Assembly: GCA_965153455.1 (NCBI GenBank)
Contig: OZ234494.1
Span: 10,478,001 to 10,542,000, forward strand
Direction: 5' to 3'
DNA from: Sphagnum compactum
Lineage: Eukaryota
Length of the DNA stretch: 64,000 nucleotides
Positions 1-11,535 of the stretch are shown one piece after another. The notes beneath the pieces were generated by a model that was not told where the DNA came from, did no database searches, and was given only the letters and a program-made list of their open reading frames with translations. A program made the position numbers and the translations under genes. Numbering within the stretch: the first letter of the stretch is position 1; each line of letters begins with the position of its first letter.

Positions 1-1803
1 GTTAACTTGATATCCTTCAAGATCCCTTGTTTTTAATACCTTTGTACATTTTTTGAACATGTGGTGTGTTTCATAAATAAAGTTTTAGAGGGTCTTCATG
101 AATATGCAAAGTTTACATAATCATATCTACACTTCAGGCAAGTAGAAGGGGCAGCTGATTCAGCCCTCTGGGGAGCTATTGGGAAGCAGGAATCATGAAA
201 TGCACTGCTGGACACCCTTACAGGCCTGCCTTGCGCAGGGGGGGCTGTTTCACAAAATGGAACGCCTGGCCACAAGGTCATTTCAATTATGATCTGGTGT
301 GAGCGTGTTGCAGAAGTTTGATGACCATTCTGTGTTTCAGATCCTAGGTGCTAGATTGTAAACATGAAAACCAGAGTTATTTATTCATCTAGGTTCTGAA
401 CCTTAGATACTCACTGTTGTCTATTGCTTGTGTTTTTCATCTCTCAGTAGAATTACTTGACTGAATCATAGTTGATCACACCCTGGAATAAAACTGAATA
501 GTATTGAACGTGATGAAATGTACTCTCATAAAAAGAGACTACATGTTCCTTGGATTAACAGCCACACCAGTTTCCCAGTAAAAGGAAATATGGGTTTACA
601 GAGCATTTGATCAGGGCGTATATATTGTCAATTGCCAAGACATTTTAACTTGCTAAATGGGTAGAAACAAATCATATCAGAGCTTTTTCAAAGTAGATAT
701 ACAGTATCTGGTAATTTTTATTTCATTTTCGAAATTAAATTCAGCAATATAAATGGTAATTTATGTAAACTTTGATTTTAAATCACAGTGAAATACATTT
801 ATTCAACAATGATCATTGATAAGAAGAATATCAGATGTTGAAGAGCGAGAGTCTTCCTTCATGTTCCTTCTTGAACATGGGCAACAATTGAACATGTGCA
901 ATGAAGTGAACATTACTGGATCCTTTGATGCAAAAGGCACACAACTTTGGGCATGGCTGTTACATTTTGTGCCCAACTTGAAAGTATTGTTCTAATTTTC
1001 AATTGTATTCAAATTTTCTGATGAAATTCTACATATGCTTGAAATGAAAAGTGATTTTACAACGTACAATCCATTTCTTTAGGGTCAGTTCCTCACATTT
1101 GAAGGCTTGAGGTCAAACACTAATGATGCTTCGTAAAGTTGCACAATGCATGAAAGTTTAGAAAATCGTCACATTTTCTTATAGAAGGCATCTGAGGAAG
1201 TTGCCCAAAATGTGGAAATTTAAAGTGCATGCAAAAGTTGCACAATGGATGAAAATCTTGAAAACTTTGCCTTTCACCTATTCAAACATGATATTCTAAG
1301 AAGTTGTATAATAGATAAAGATACAGGAAATTGCCTTCATTTCCCCAAGGAATGCATATATCCATTTGGCAGGTCCTTCCAATATTTTTAGAGCAATACA
1401 GCACAAAGATATAATGGTGGGTGACACTGGATTGTCAAGAAAGTGAAGTAGTAGAGCCCATTGTGCAGGCGCTTGCTTCTACAGAATGCAATGCTGGGGA
1501 GCACCGTATAATCAAGAATAGCACAGTAGGAGCCACAATATGGTTGGTTGCATAAGCTTTGAGGCCAAAGATGGCACAGGACTTAAATCCATGTCATGAC
1601 AAGACTGTCCCCATGTCCCTCTAGATGCCAGTACACATCCCATCATCCTAAAATGCAAGTGCAAACCAGCTGTTGATTTACAGAGATGAGGTTGAAAGAG
1701 CAGAGAGTGAAAGGAGCAGAAGATATGATCCATGACATGTGTGAGAGGAGAAAAGAGAAATGCACAATCGAAGATTTAGGCACCTTCTGATTTGTGGTAG
1801 AAG

Positions 1804-2482
1804 ACATTGGGCAACCCAAAGGAAAACTCATCATCTTTCAGATCCTCTGTTCCAATCTTTGCATGTCGAGGGGGCAGGATTTACAGACCTTGCAGACAAG
1901 ACTTGAGGTCAAGACTTGCTTGCAGAAGAATATTGTAGCAAAGATTGTTCCTGGATAACTAAGGAAAAACCCTGTAACAATATCAAATTCATTAGCACAC
2001 ATTCACAAAGACATTTGATCAGAAGCTCAAAAATCTGTTTGCAATCGGTAACATCAAAACATACATTTGATGAGATGGCCAATGTGACCAGAATCAAAAT
2101 GCAGATGTGGAGAATATACAGATTCAGGCACACTTTGATTCACTGTAGATCAACATTGGCAACCCAAAGGAAAAACAATTTTCAGATCCTCCAATGTTCC
2201 TATCTTTGCATGCAAAGGGGACAGGACTTACACACCTTGCAGAGGAGACTTGAGGTCAGAAGACCTTGCTTGCAGAAAAGATTGTAGCAAAGGCTTTTCC
2301 TGGAGACCCAAGGAAAAAGGCTGTCACAACTCACAACAGCAAAAAACCATTAGCACACATTTCTGAAGCCATTTGATCAGAATCTCAAAAACCTGTTTGC
2401 TATCGGGCAACATCAAAAACATACATTTGATGGGATGGCCAATGTGACCAGAATCAAAATGTAGATGTGGAGTATTTTACAG
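1804..2482. repeat. Diverged tandem duplication of a ~320-350 bp unit (1804-2120 and 2153-2482)
   Basis: Both copies start ACATTGG(G)CAACCCAAAGGAAAA and end CATACATTTGATG.GATGGCCAATGTGACCAGAATCAAAATG.AGATGTGGAG, with colinear internal blocks. Confidence 0.9.
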
Positions 2483-2888
2483 TATTAACAACTATGCAAC
2501 TCTGCATAGCACCCAAGGTAATCCTCACAAACTATGTATGTAGCTATGGTGCAACAAACTACGGCTGAACAACAGGACAATCATCTATCAGTCTTCCCAG
2601 CACAAAGTTGAAAGCCGAGAATGAAACAAACCCGGGCGGCAATCTACAGATCGCCTTGTACAGATGCCGAGGAGAAGAAGAAGTCCGGCAGAGCTAAGAA
2701 TGAGCTACAGCAGCAGCTCTCGTTCTTCGCCGGGGGAACAGGAAAAGACCTGGCTTATCTAAATAACCAGGCTGGAGTTTTAGTGCTCGGCGCTCTGTGT
2801 AGCGGCACCGTTTGCCTACAGTGCCATCACAGATCTAAACCGACCTGTGATGTTTAGTCTTCAGCGGTCCATGCGGCATGTACTGCCT

Positions 2889-3911
2889 TCAGAAAGGCAC
2901 AAGCTCCTCAACAAAAGGTGTGACATTATAGGCATAAGAGGAATCTAAGAGGAATTCGAAACTGTCTACTGCAGGCGTCATCCATTCGTCTCCCAAGGCA
3001 ATGTCGCTGAATCCGGAGTAACCATCAAATCCTTCTTCCAAGGACCAGGTTACTGCTGCTGCTGCGGCGTTGTGCGCATTTTCCAGCGTGTCGACGAACG
3101 CAGGAACTTCTCCATGAGCTACAGGAGTCATAGAACGATTCTCATCATTCAGGACTGTTTTTTCCTTTCCAACGTCGTCAGATCTTCTGGCTTTGTCAGC
3201 ACCGGCGCTTGAAGCAGCGCACTCCACTCTCTCATTGCAGTCCACCACACGAAAGCACATGTTGAGCGGAAGAGCATTGCCTCCATGGTTCAGCATCGGA
3301 AGAATGTCAAATCTCTCGCATACAGCGAAATCGCCACCCGTTAAGTTACTGCTGCTGGAGCACCCGACAGATACAGCAGCGGCAGCAGCGCTAGAGAATC
3401 CGGGCATATTCCAGAAATCGTCGCCCCAGCTCGCAAACGATGTTGTACGAGGCGGCGCCTCCTCTTCACCAGTGCAAGGTATGCTGGAAACAACGGCATG
3501 ATCCTCGGACTCAGATAAGCCTAATTCCTCTTCCAGGTTTCTTAGAACTCGAGCCGCATTCTTTTTGCTCACAGCGCTATCTGAAGAACCGACCAGTTCC
3601 TCTCCGATCAAAGACTTTTCCAAGTCTCTCACAACAGAAATGCTCTCGACGTTAGATCCGTCTTCTTCGCTGCCAGTGACAGCAGACAAACACTCGTCGC
3701 TGCAGGTGCTCCCATCTCTCGGCTGCACGGAAACCCCAAGAACAGAAGAAAAATGCGACTCGGAGCGATCACTGGAACGCTGCCGCTTACTGACTGGAGC
3801 TTCAGCCTCATCCACTTCGCCAACAGCATCATCATCGCCAAAGACCACCAGCACATCATCATTCCTCACCCGTTTCGCTTCACTTTCCTCAACGTAAGAC
3901 AGCAGCGCCAT
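2889..3911 (-). CDS. Intronless ~340-aa acidic/Ser-rich hypothetical protein
   Basis: Long GC-richer ORF with first ATG at 3911 (MALLSYVEESEAKRVRNDD). The motifs EAKRVR.DD, SVVRDLE and LEEELGL recall the uncharacterised plant AT1G13360-like family (from memory, unverified). Confidence 0.75.
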   Translation of the reverse strand: MALLSYVEESEAKRVRNDDVLVVFGDDDAVGEVDEAEAPVSKRQRSSDRSESHFSSVLGVSVQPRDGSTCSDECLSAVTGSEEDGSNVESISVVRDLEKSLIGEELVGSSDSAVSKKNAARVLRNLEEELGLSESEDHAVVSSIPCTGEEEAPPRTTSFASWGDDFWNMPGFSSAAAAAVSVGCSSSSNLTGGDFAVCERFDILPMLNHGGNALPLNMCFRVVDCNERVECAASSAGADKARRSDDVGKEKTVLNDENRSMTPVAHGEVPAFVDTLENAHNAAAAAVTWSLEEGFDGYSGFSDIALGDEWMTPAVDSFEFLLDSSYAYNVTPFVEELVPF

Positions 3912-4678
3912 AACGAAAGTATAACGTGAGTGCCACACAGAGAACGCAAACTACTGTCCTCCTCCGAGACCACTTAAAATTGAAGCAAACATGCAAGAGA
4001 ATGACAGCAGAGAGAGACACAAGAGAAGCCGAGGCGGAGCTTTCTTTATAATATTATACAACAAGAAAAGAGCACGACAGCACCACAGAGGACTGACGAC
4101 TCAAGTACATCCGTCACAGGTAGAAAGGATCGGCATTATAGCGGACGCAAAGACAGCCGACGTCAAGAAAATCATTACAGGAAAAAAGAAAACACGCACA
4201 CAACAACACCAAGAAAACGCTAAGAAAGAAAACAAATTCCAATCTCTGAAGATTTTTTTTCTTTTTGGAAAAAGTACAAAAAAAAAACGGAGCTCCGGAA
4301 GCAGTAACAGCAGAAAGAGAAAATTTGAAAAAGCGAGATGCTGCCGCAGTCTGTTGTGGAAGTCGGTGAGGAAATGGAGAAGCGGAGTAAGAGCTGAGTC
4401 GCTGACGCACTTCACAGCGACGGCGGCGGCAGCGAGCGAGCGAGAGAGAGCGGCTGGCGGGAAAAGAGGGGCATGGAATTGGCAACAAAATTAGTAACTT
4501 AAATCTGGCGAGAAAAAAGTGATTTTTTTTTTGGTGGCGAATTATCGCCATTTAACTAATTTTGCTATTTTTGGGCTTTAATTTCGTCAAGTTTTGGATT
4601 TAAAAATTTGGAAAAAAGAAAAAGAAAACACTGCACCCATCGTGTTTACTGCATAAAGTAAAGCTAACTGGGAACCCA

Positions 4679-4832
4679 GGGGTGATGGCTCAAAGGTATA
4701 TAGCCCCATTCTGGGACCCAGTGAGGCCTTTAAAAGAAAAGGTTCTGGGTTCAAACCCACTGTTGTGCAGGAGACAGCCCTGTCGACCCTGCCGCTCAGC
4801 TTGACTTGGGGATTGCCTACGGCTTGTCAGCC
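4679..4832 (+). mobile_element. tRNA-derived SINE-like element, copy 1
   Basis: Pol III A-box-like TGGCTCAAAGG (4686-4696) and B-box GGTTCAAACCC (4748-4758). The body downstream of the B-box aligns with an inverted copy at 13963-14060. Confidence 0.6.
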
Positions 4833-4973
4833 AGGTCTGCTATTGTGTTATGTAAAGCAAACCCTACACATATGTAGAAGAGGAGTGTTCTTACTCCCCT
4901 CCGTAATGAACTTTTTAAATTTCATCTTTGTAAATCAAAGAACCTGCTGCCCCACACAAAACTTCATGGTTCA

Positions 4974-5088
4974 AAATTTGAGGATCTTACACAACCGTAA
5001 GGTACCCTTTACTTATGCTTCTGTACCCTTATGCTTGTGTAAGATCCATGAAGGGGTACCTTACGCTTTTGTAAGATCTCTGAATTTG
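4974..5088. repeat. Imperfect foldback (~37-bp arms), MITE-like
   Basis: AAATTTGAGGATCTTACACAACCGTAAGGTACCCTTT pairs with AAGGGGTACCTTACGCTTTTGTAAGATCTCTGAATTT. Confidence 0.6.
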
Positions 5089-6094
5089 TAAGTTCATTCC
5101 ATTGGGGAAGGAATTCCTATCCTGAATTGGACTATCGGCCTCAGCCAGGCCCTTAAATCCAAGAAGAGCCTCAAAGCGATTCCTTACCCTATACTTAAGA
5201 GTGAGAGGGATCTTACATTACGAACTTTCCCTTCATTGAAAACTATAAAAAGAGACTAAACATTCAAAATGATCTTCTTTTTGTTTGGAAACGGCAAAAA
5301 AGAGACTGCAAAATAAAGTACGCTTTTTGTTTTCTGTTTTTTCATGGAGAGGAAACTAGTTCAAAGAGATGACTGCGATCACAGCTAGCTACTTGCAAAA
5401 ACATAATGGAAAGTTGCTATGATCACGATGTTTGTGATCACAGCAAGCCTAATGGACACATGCCCTAAGTGCAAGTTGAATTGCTACAAGTCACATGTGG
5501 AAAACTAGGGACCCATGGTGGAGATCCTTCTGGTAAGAAGTCAATGGTGGCAATGGGGGTGGTGCATTTAGAATGTGGGCGAGGGGAGAAGGAAGTTGAA
5601 AGGTGATGAACCCATTGCTACAGCGGGACTCAAAATGGAAGATGTTGTCATGCAGGGAGTTGAGGGAAAAAGCAGCTTGGTAGAAATTTTCCATCCAATG
5701 TAGGTGGCCCATGCTCTAAAATCCACAAGTATGGAATACTACCATAGAAAGAAGGTGGGACATCTCAAGTCTCATCAATCCACCACTGTTGCAATACTCC
5801 AACTGACCACCAAACCCCTCATTTAAACCTAATTATGTGGAGAGAAGGTACTCCACAATTCAGTTTCATGCAACGGGCTGTTGAACAATCTTCTTCTTCA
5901 CTTGCTAAAAGGGTGCTGTATTTGTACCTCCTACCAGTTGCATGTACTAAGAAGCTCATGTGATTGGATATGATGGAGTTAACTATTATACATGGGACTT
6001 GATGGGACCTATTGCACGATCCAGGACTTTGAACTTGAATTTACATCTCCAAAGATGGCTGGCTAGTGTAGCCCTTGTGCTGAGTCCTGACCAG

Positions 6095-6312
6095 ACCTTT
6101 CTGAATTGGTGAAATGTTGGCAAAACAAAAAATTAATAACGTGGAAATGAAATGATTTGGAAGGTTTTCAATTGCCAGAAGTGAGGAAAAAACAGTTTTA
6201 AAATGCCAGATTTTTATAATTTGGTTTTCAGTGTGTAGCCAAAAATTATAGAAGGATGGTTGAAGTTTTGTACTCCATATCTGGTTTATAACCAGATTTG
6301 GCTAAATCTTCC
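6095..6312 (+). repeat. Dispersed non-autonomous repeat family (copies also ~25450-25780, 61215-61435 inverted, partial 63300-63550)
   Basis: Shared blocks GGTTTTCAGTGTGTAGCCA..ATAGAAGGATG and TTTGGCTAAATCTTC, seen in both orientations. Confidence 0.7.
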
Positions 6313-7495
6313 TGAGACTTTGGCTACAAACAAAAATTCCTAAAAATCGTTGGTGCTGAAAGTAAGGTAGCACTTAGCACCTAGACCAGCTATGCTTGCT
6401 ACAAAATAGAGTAACTATGGCAGGTACACAAGATGGTACTTACTACTATGAATGCAAATGTGTACACATTTGTGTATACGACTAGGTCAGCTGCAGCATA
6501 TGAAAGCCTTAAATGCAACTTATATGCTGATTGACAAGTTTTATACTGATATTGGGTGGTCCTTAGAATGAGGGACAGATACCTTTTGGTTATCAACCTG
6601 GGTATTACTCACTTACTCACTGGTTCTCAAAATTTTCAAACAACTGGATTTGATATATTAATCATAGTTCTAAGAAAATAAGAGAGTCAAATCTTTGTAG
6701 AACATGAAATGATCTAAGTAAACATGGTTCCCATTCAAAGAACGATGGTTTCTGATGGATGGTGCATTGGTGGGTTCTCAGCCACATAATCCCTTCAAAG
6801 GACAATGGACAGCTCGGCCTGGCACAGTGCCTCTGTAGTTATCTACACTTCTGACTGAAGAAAGCTTCACTTTCACTTGGCTACTGGTGTGCAGATTCTT
6901 TTGATGGATTGTGTGAACAATTATTATTGCTTCAGTGATGTCAACAAGGAATTCTGGAATCATGATCAGAGTGCTTTCACCAGATGCATTTAATCTTAGT
7001 GTTTTAAGTTACATACTTGGGGGAATACTTTGTTTGTGAGAGGAGAAAGGGGCATGTTAAACACCCCTTATGAACTTTGCGGGTGTTAGTTAGGGGGCAA
7101 TGTCTTCCACAATTGCACAATTCATGGTCTGCAAAAAAAATGTATTCTCTGCAAATTCATGTATTCATATCATGCAAAAAAATGCATTCTCTTGTTTCTG
7201 AAATGGATTTTCTCTTCCATTTGTGCCCCCCAGCCAAACAAAACCAAAAGTAAATAAAAATCTTACAGGTTGCAATTGTTCACTAGTTCCAAGTTTCAAC
7301 CCACAAGCATTCAAGAGACAAGCCAAGTACCTACCTGTAGTCTAATTTTATCAGTTTCTAAACTATTTGACATACTGTAGCCTAGGGTCAGTTTCCACAT
7401 TGACAAAATGATTTGTTTTTTCCAAGAAATGAATTCTTTTTTAGTTTTGAAGTATTATTATTTCCATCATTTACTATAATACTGTGATATGAGTA

Positions 7496-7521
7496 CCGTA
7501 GTGCTCACCCTAAACCCCGCA
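7496..7521 (+). repeat. Left TIR CCGTAGTGCTCACCCTAAACCCCGCA
   Basis: Exact reverse complement of 10794-10819. Confidence 0.97.
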
Positions 7522-7709
7522 CATAAATAATTGCTCATCGAGGGTGCGGGGATAGGAAAATAGTCTCTAGAGGGTGCGGGAAGGGCTTCTGCGGGGAAAT
7601 AAATAATAGGGTCTGAGCCACTGCGGGGAAGTTGGTGCGGGGTTCAAAAATAAAGGGCTTGGCGCGGAAATCAATGAGTCCGCGGAGGGCCTTAGCACAG
7701 CAAAGTAAG

Positions 7710-10578
7710 ATGGCACTCTTCAAGTTCGGATTCAAGAAGGGCATCAGCGAGATCGAGGCAGAGGAGCAGCGGCAGAGACAAGCGGAGAAGGCCAGAGAGA
7801 AGGATCTTGCAGATAAGGAGGCTGCAGCCCAAGCAGCAGCAGATGCACCACCTAAGAGGAAGCCTGGGAGGCCACCACTGGTTCACAAAGCAAAGCTGAA
7901 AGGCAAGCAGGCGACGGGACGCAAGCTCACGAGGTAGGCATGTCTTGGTGTGTAGCTGATCACTTGCTGGCAAGGATTAACTTCTTGCTTCCTATCTGCT
8001 GACAAGATCTAAGCTGGCTTCCAGAACAGAGTAGCTTCTTGCTTCCTATCTGCTGATAAGATTAAAACAAGCTTCCAGAGAAGAGCCACACTAATAAGGG
8101 CTTGTGTCTGCAGGAAACTAGCCTCAAAGAGCAACAAGAAGAAGAACTGGTGGAAGCCCTTCCTCATTGAGAGGATCCTGGCAGCCGTCCATGCCAAGAA
8201 CGGAGTGCGGCCTGTTGTGAAAGCACTGAAAGAGGGGCCCCTCAGAACGCTGTTTGAGGGGCTGGATGAGAGCACTGTGAGGGGGTGGTTCAAGAAGAGG
8301 GAAAGCCCAACTGGTCCATTCATCTTCACCAAAGAGGCCCAGGACAAGCTCAAAGCTGGCTTTTCTTCCCGTGGTGGCCGAAATCAGATGACCCTTTTCG
8401 TAGAGGTGAGCTGAAAGTCTGGCTTGCATTCGTTGACGTATGCACGCTTCCAGAGACACTTCCAATGGTTGTAATATGGTGAAATTAAATATTTTGGCTG
8501 TTGCAGGCACCGGACGTCGAGAAGGAGATTTACGAAGCTCTCTGTGCCCAGAGGATAGCTGGGAATGCAATCAACAGCGTCACCGCACAACACATCATGA
8601 TCGGCATCCTGGAGGCCCGCCGCCCTGACTTGTTGAAGAAGAACGGTGGGCGCTATGGGCCAAGCAGGCCAACTGTCCGCAGGTTCCTCAGGAAGAAGAT
8701 GGGATGGACATTCAGGTACAGGCACAATTTCTTGTGAGCTTGGGCTGCTTATTGTTTACAGCTCTGCCACTACATGTGCTCTTTATCCAAGCAGAACTTT
8801 GGGCGCCTACAGCCATTTCTTTGAAAGCGCCCGCTGCTGTGCAAGCGACCTAAGTACAGTTGAATTCTGCGCAGGCGTGCGACAGGCGCAGCACAGAAGT
8901 TGCCAAAGGACTATGAGCGTCTGGTGGACGAGATGAACCTGCGCATGGCATGGTGCTGCTACCTATATAAGATTCCGCCTGAGCTCGTCTTCAGCATGGA
9001 CGAAACGTTTGTGTGGTACACACCCATGGGGATGGCAACCACATACGATATCAGGAACACGAAACAGGTGTGCAGCTCTAATCTTTTGGGAAGCCTCACC
9101 GTGCTTGCCTGCCATGAAGATGAAATGGGTCAAATTGTGCAAGTTAATGCGCTAATGAACTCTTGCGATGGAGACAAGCAACCTTTGAATGCAGGTGCAA
9201 GTCACCGGCAAGGAGGACAAGCGTGGCCTCACAGCCTGCGTCACAACAACGCTCGCAGGGATTGTGCTGGCGCTGCAGCTGATCTACAGCGGCCAGAGGG
9301 AGAAGAGCCTGCCTAGGAAGGAGGCGCGCAGCGAGGCTGAGGCAGCTGGCTTCGTCTTCAGCTTGACCAAGAACCACTGGTGCACGCTCGAGTCCATGCA
9401 GGAGTGGATCGAGAAGGTGAATATCCTAAATAGCTTTGTTATACCTCCGCAGGCTGTAACATTGACTGGGGATGCAGTAATTCTGGACGATACCTGGTAC
9501 AAACATTTTTTTCAAAATCATCGTCACTCATAGCATTTGGTTCTTTGCAGCTGACCTACCCAGCCTATGTGCGCGTCTGCGAGGAGCGCACTGACCTGCT
9601 GCCTCCCCGCGAGCAGCCGCCGCTGCTGCAGCTGGATGTCTACAGCGTCCACCGCGGCGCCCCATTCAGGGACTGGCTGAAGCTGAACCACTCGTACATG
9701 CACATCGTGTTTGTGCCGGGAGGGACTACCTCGGTTGCTCAAGTAGCCATTCTTGACAGGGATAGCATTTTTCCTCTAATTGACTGCATTGGTCCTCTGA
9801 TTTTGCACTAACATTTAATGCTCTGTGAGATTGCTTTGCGTTGCTGTGGTCAAGCCATTGAAATCAAATCCTTGCCTGAGCAGCATTACTTTTTCCTCTC
9901 CCCATGATGCAGTTTAAAGAAGAAACTCATTTGTGAGTTGACAAAGCATTCATTCTTGCGCAGGTGGCAGATACTGTCCTCAACAAGCCGTTCAAGAACG
10001 CTGTACGCCAGCGGTTCTGCGACTGGTCAGCAAGCCTCGTGGCAGAGCAGGTCAAGTCGGGCATCGCGCCCAAGGACTGCAAGCTGGACCTCTCCGTCGG
10101 CCGCCTGAGGGACGAGGGCATCCACTGGATCTACGCTGGCTGGGAGCGCATCAAGGGAATGCAGCGCAGCGTGCTGGATGGCTACGCCAAGGCGAGCACT
10201 TTGCAGATCTTTGAGGAGGGGACGCGGCACCGGGCCGCAGCCGCATGCGCGTAGCTGGGCTTGTAGACAGAACTGCCGCGAGCGTCAACAGCAGAACTGA
10301 CACATGCAAACGAGGTGCCTGCCGAGGATGAGGAGGAAGCAGATGACGACAACGACAGCGATGCAGAGTCAGAGTTGAGCAGTGGGTTGTCAGATGCAGA
10401 GTGGGACTCGGACTTTGAGCTGCCTGCTGACAAATTGTCCATGTGCTTGAGGAGCATCCGCAAGAGAACAGCTGCAGTGAGCGTAGACCCTGCTGATGAG
10501 GCAGCAGCATCTGGCGCATCAGATGAGGATGGCGAATCAGCAGAGGATTCTGACAGTGCAGAGGCAGACGAGGAGTAG
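7710..10578 (+). pseudogene. DD37D pogo-like transposase. Exons 7710-7933, 8114-8405, 8507-8715, 8875-9067, 9195-9416, 9551-9742, 9964-10578. In-frame TAGs at 10252 and 10264.
   Basis: GT-AG splicing gives a continuous frame: AT-hook KRKPGRPP, HTH region (LDESTVRGW; PSRPTVRRFL..GWTFRRAT), then MDET, GKEDKR, NHWCT, LQLDVYSVH and FVPGGTTSVAQVADTVLNKPFK. It runs 540 aa to the first stop, or 648 aa including the acidic tail. Confidence 0.9.
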
Positions 10579-10793
10579 GGCAGCTCAGCTTGTGGAGCGC
10601 TCGCTTAGCAATAGCTAGGGAGTGCTGCAAAGGGTTCCTCAGGACCTTTGGGAAAGATTTGGGAAAATAGAAGTGTGCAATGGAACCGTGTTCGGCCAGC
10701 CCAACGATATAGAGGGGGACACTGACTGTAACTCTTAATCTGGCCTGCGGGGACTGCCTGCGGGAGGGAAAAAATAATTCCATTTTCTGGGGC

Positions 10794-10819
10794 TGCGGGG
10801 TTTAGGGTGAGCACTACGG
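10794..10819 (-). repeat. Right TIR TGCGGGGTTTAGGGTGAGCACTACGG
   Basis: Exact reverse complement of the left TIR, followed by TA. Confidence 0.97.
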
Positions 10820-10848
10820 TAATGAAATTATTCAGAGTAATATAAGCT

Positions 10849-11535
10849 TTGAATATCACTTATTTACATCAACATTATGAAAACATCAATCATGATCATA
10901 ACCTTCAAATGTCTTATATCTTATGTTTTATAGAAACAAGAATACACCATGCATAAATAGACGTGCACAAATTATAAATTCATCAAAATATTCATATATT
11001 TCAATCCATGATGGTCATAGGTTAATGATGATGTATGACATACACATGCACTTAGATTCCTTTAATACAATAACTAGTGATGGTTCATAATATATAACAT
11101 TAACTTTTAATATTAATACACGAAATAATACGCGAAATAAAAAACATATTGTGTGTATAGGCTCATTCATATTCAATTTTTACATTCTTAAACAATCTTC
11201 AAATTATAATTCTATAATCTCCTGAACATTGTCCAATCATCATTATGGGAGATTTGAATGTTGACATTCTAAAAGACAATAACCAACAAAAAAAAAACAA
11301 GAATTATTATATTTCATAGATAAATTCCAATTAAAATCACAATTTAGTGAAAACATCACAAAAGCTGGATCTCAATTAGACCATATATCGACAAATGTCC
11401 TTGGAAATGAATGCAAAACTAGTGTAACAAAAGCATGTTGGTCAAATTTTCATGAACCGATTTATATTACATTCAAATTACCAAACACACTTTCAATGTA
11501 TAAAGAAAAACCATTAATGTCTCCATTTATTTAAA
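10849..11535 (+). pseudogene. Decayed AP-endonuclease (EEP fold) domain, Helentron-type
   Basis: Broken-frame translation: LNITYLHQHYENI, ILCFIETR, IIMGDLNVDIL, GSQLDHISTN, WSNFHEPIY. These are the ordered APE motifs, with stops and frameshifts. Confidence 0.8.

Larger units (their letters stand above)
7496..10819 (+). mobile_element. Full-length pogo-like (IS630/Tc1/mariner superfamily) DNA transposon, 3324 bp
   Basis: Perfect 26-bp TIRs, TA at 7494-7495 and 10820-10821, and an internal spliced DDE_1-type transposase gene. Confidence 0.96.

Noticed and set aside
3193-4551. Overlapping ORFs antisense to or upstream of the 2889-3911 gene
   Set aside because: Shadow frames or low-complexity leader sequence, mostly with non-ATG starts and no motifs.
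4679-4762. tRNA gene
   Set aside because: A and B boxes are present, but there is no convincing acceptor or anticodon stem, and similarity to a second copy extends past the tRNA-like part.
8009-10783. Minus-strand ORFs in the transposon as a second gene
   Set aside because: Antisense shadows of GC3-rich exons; no recognisable domain.
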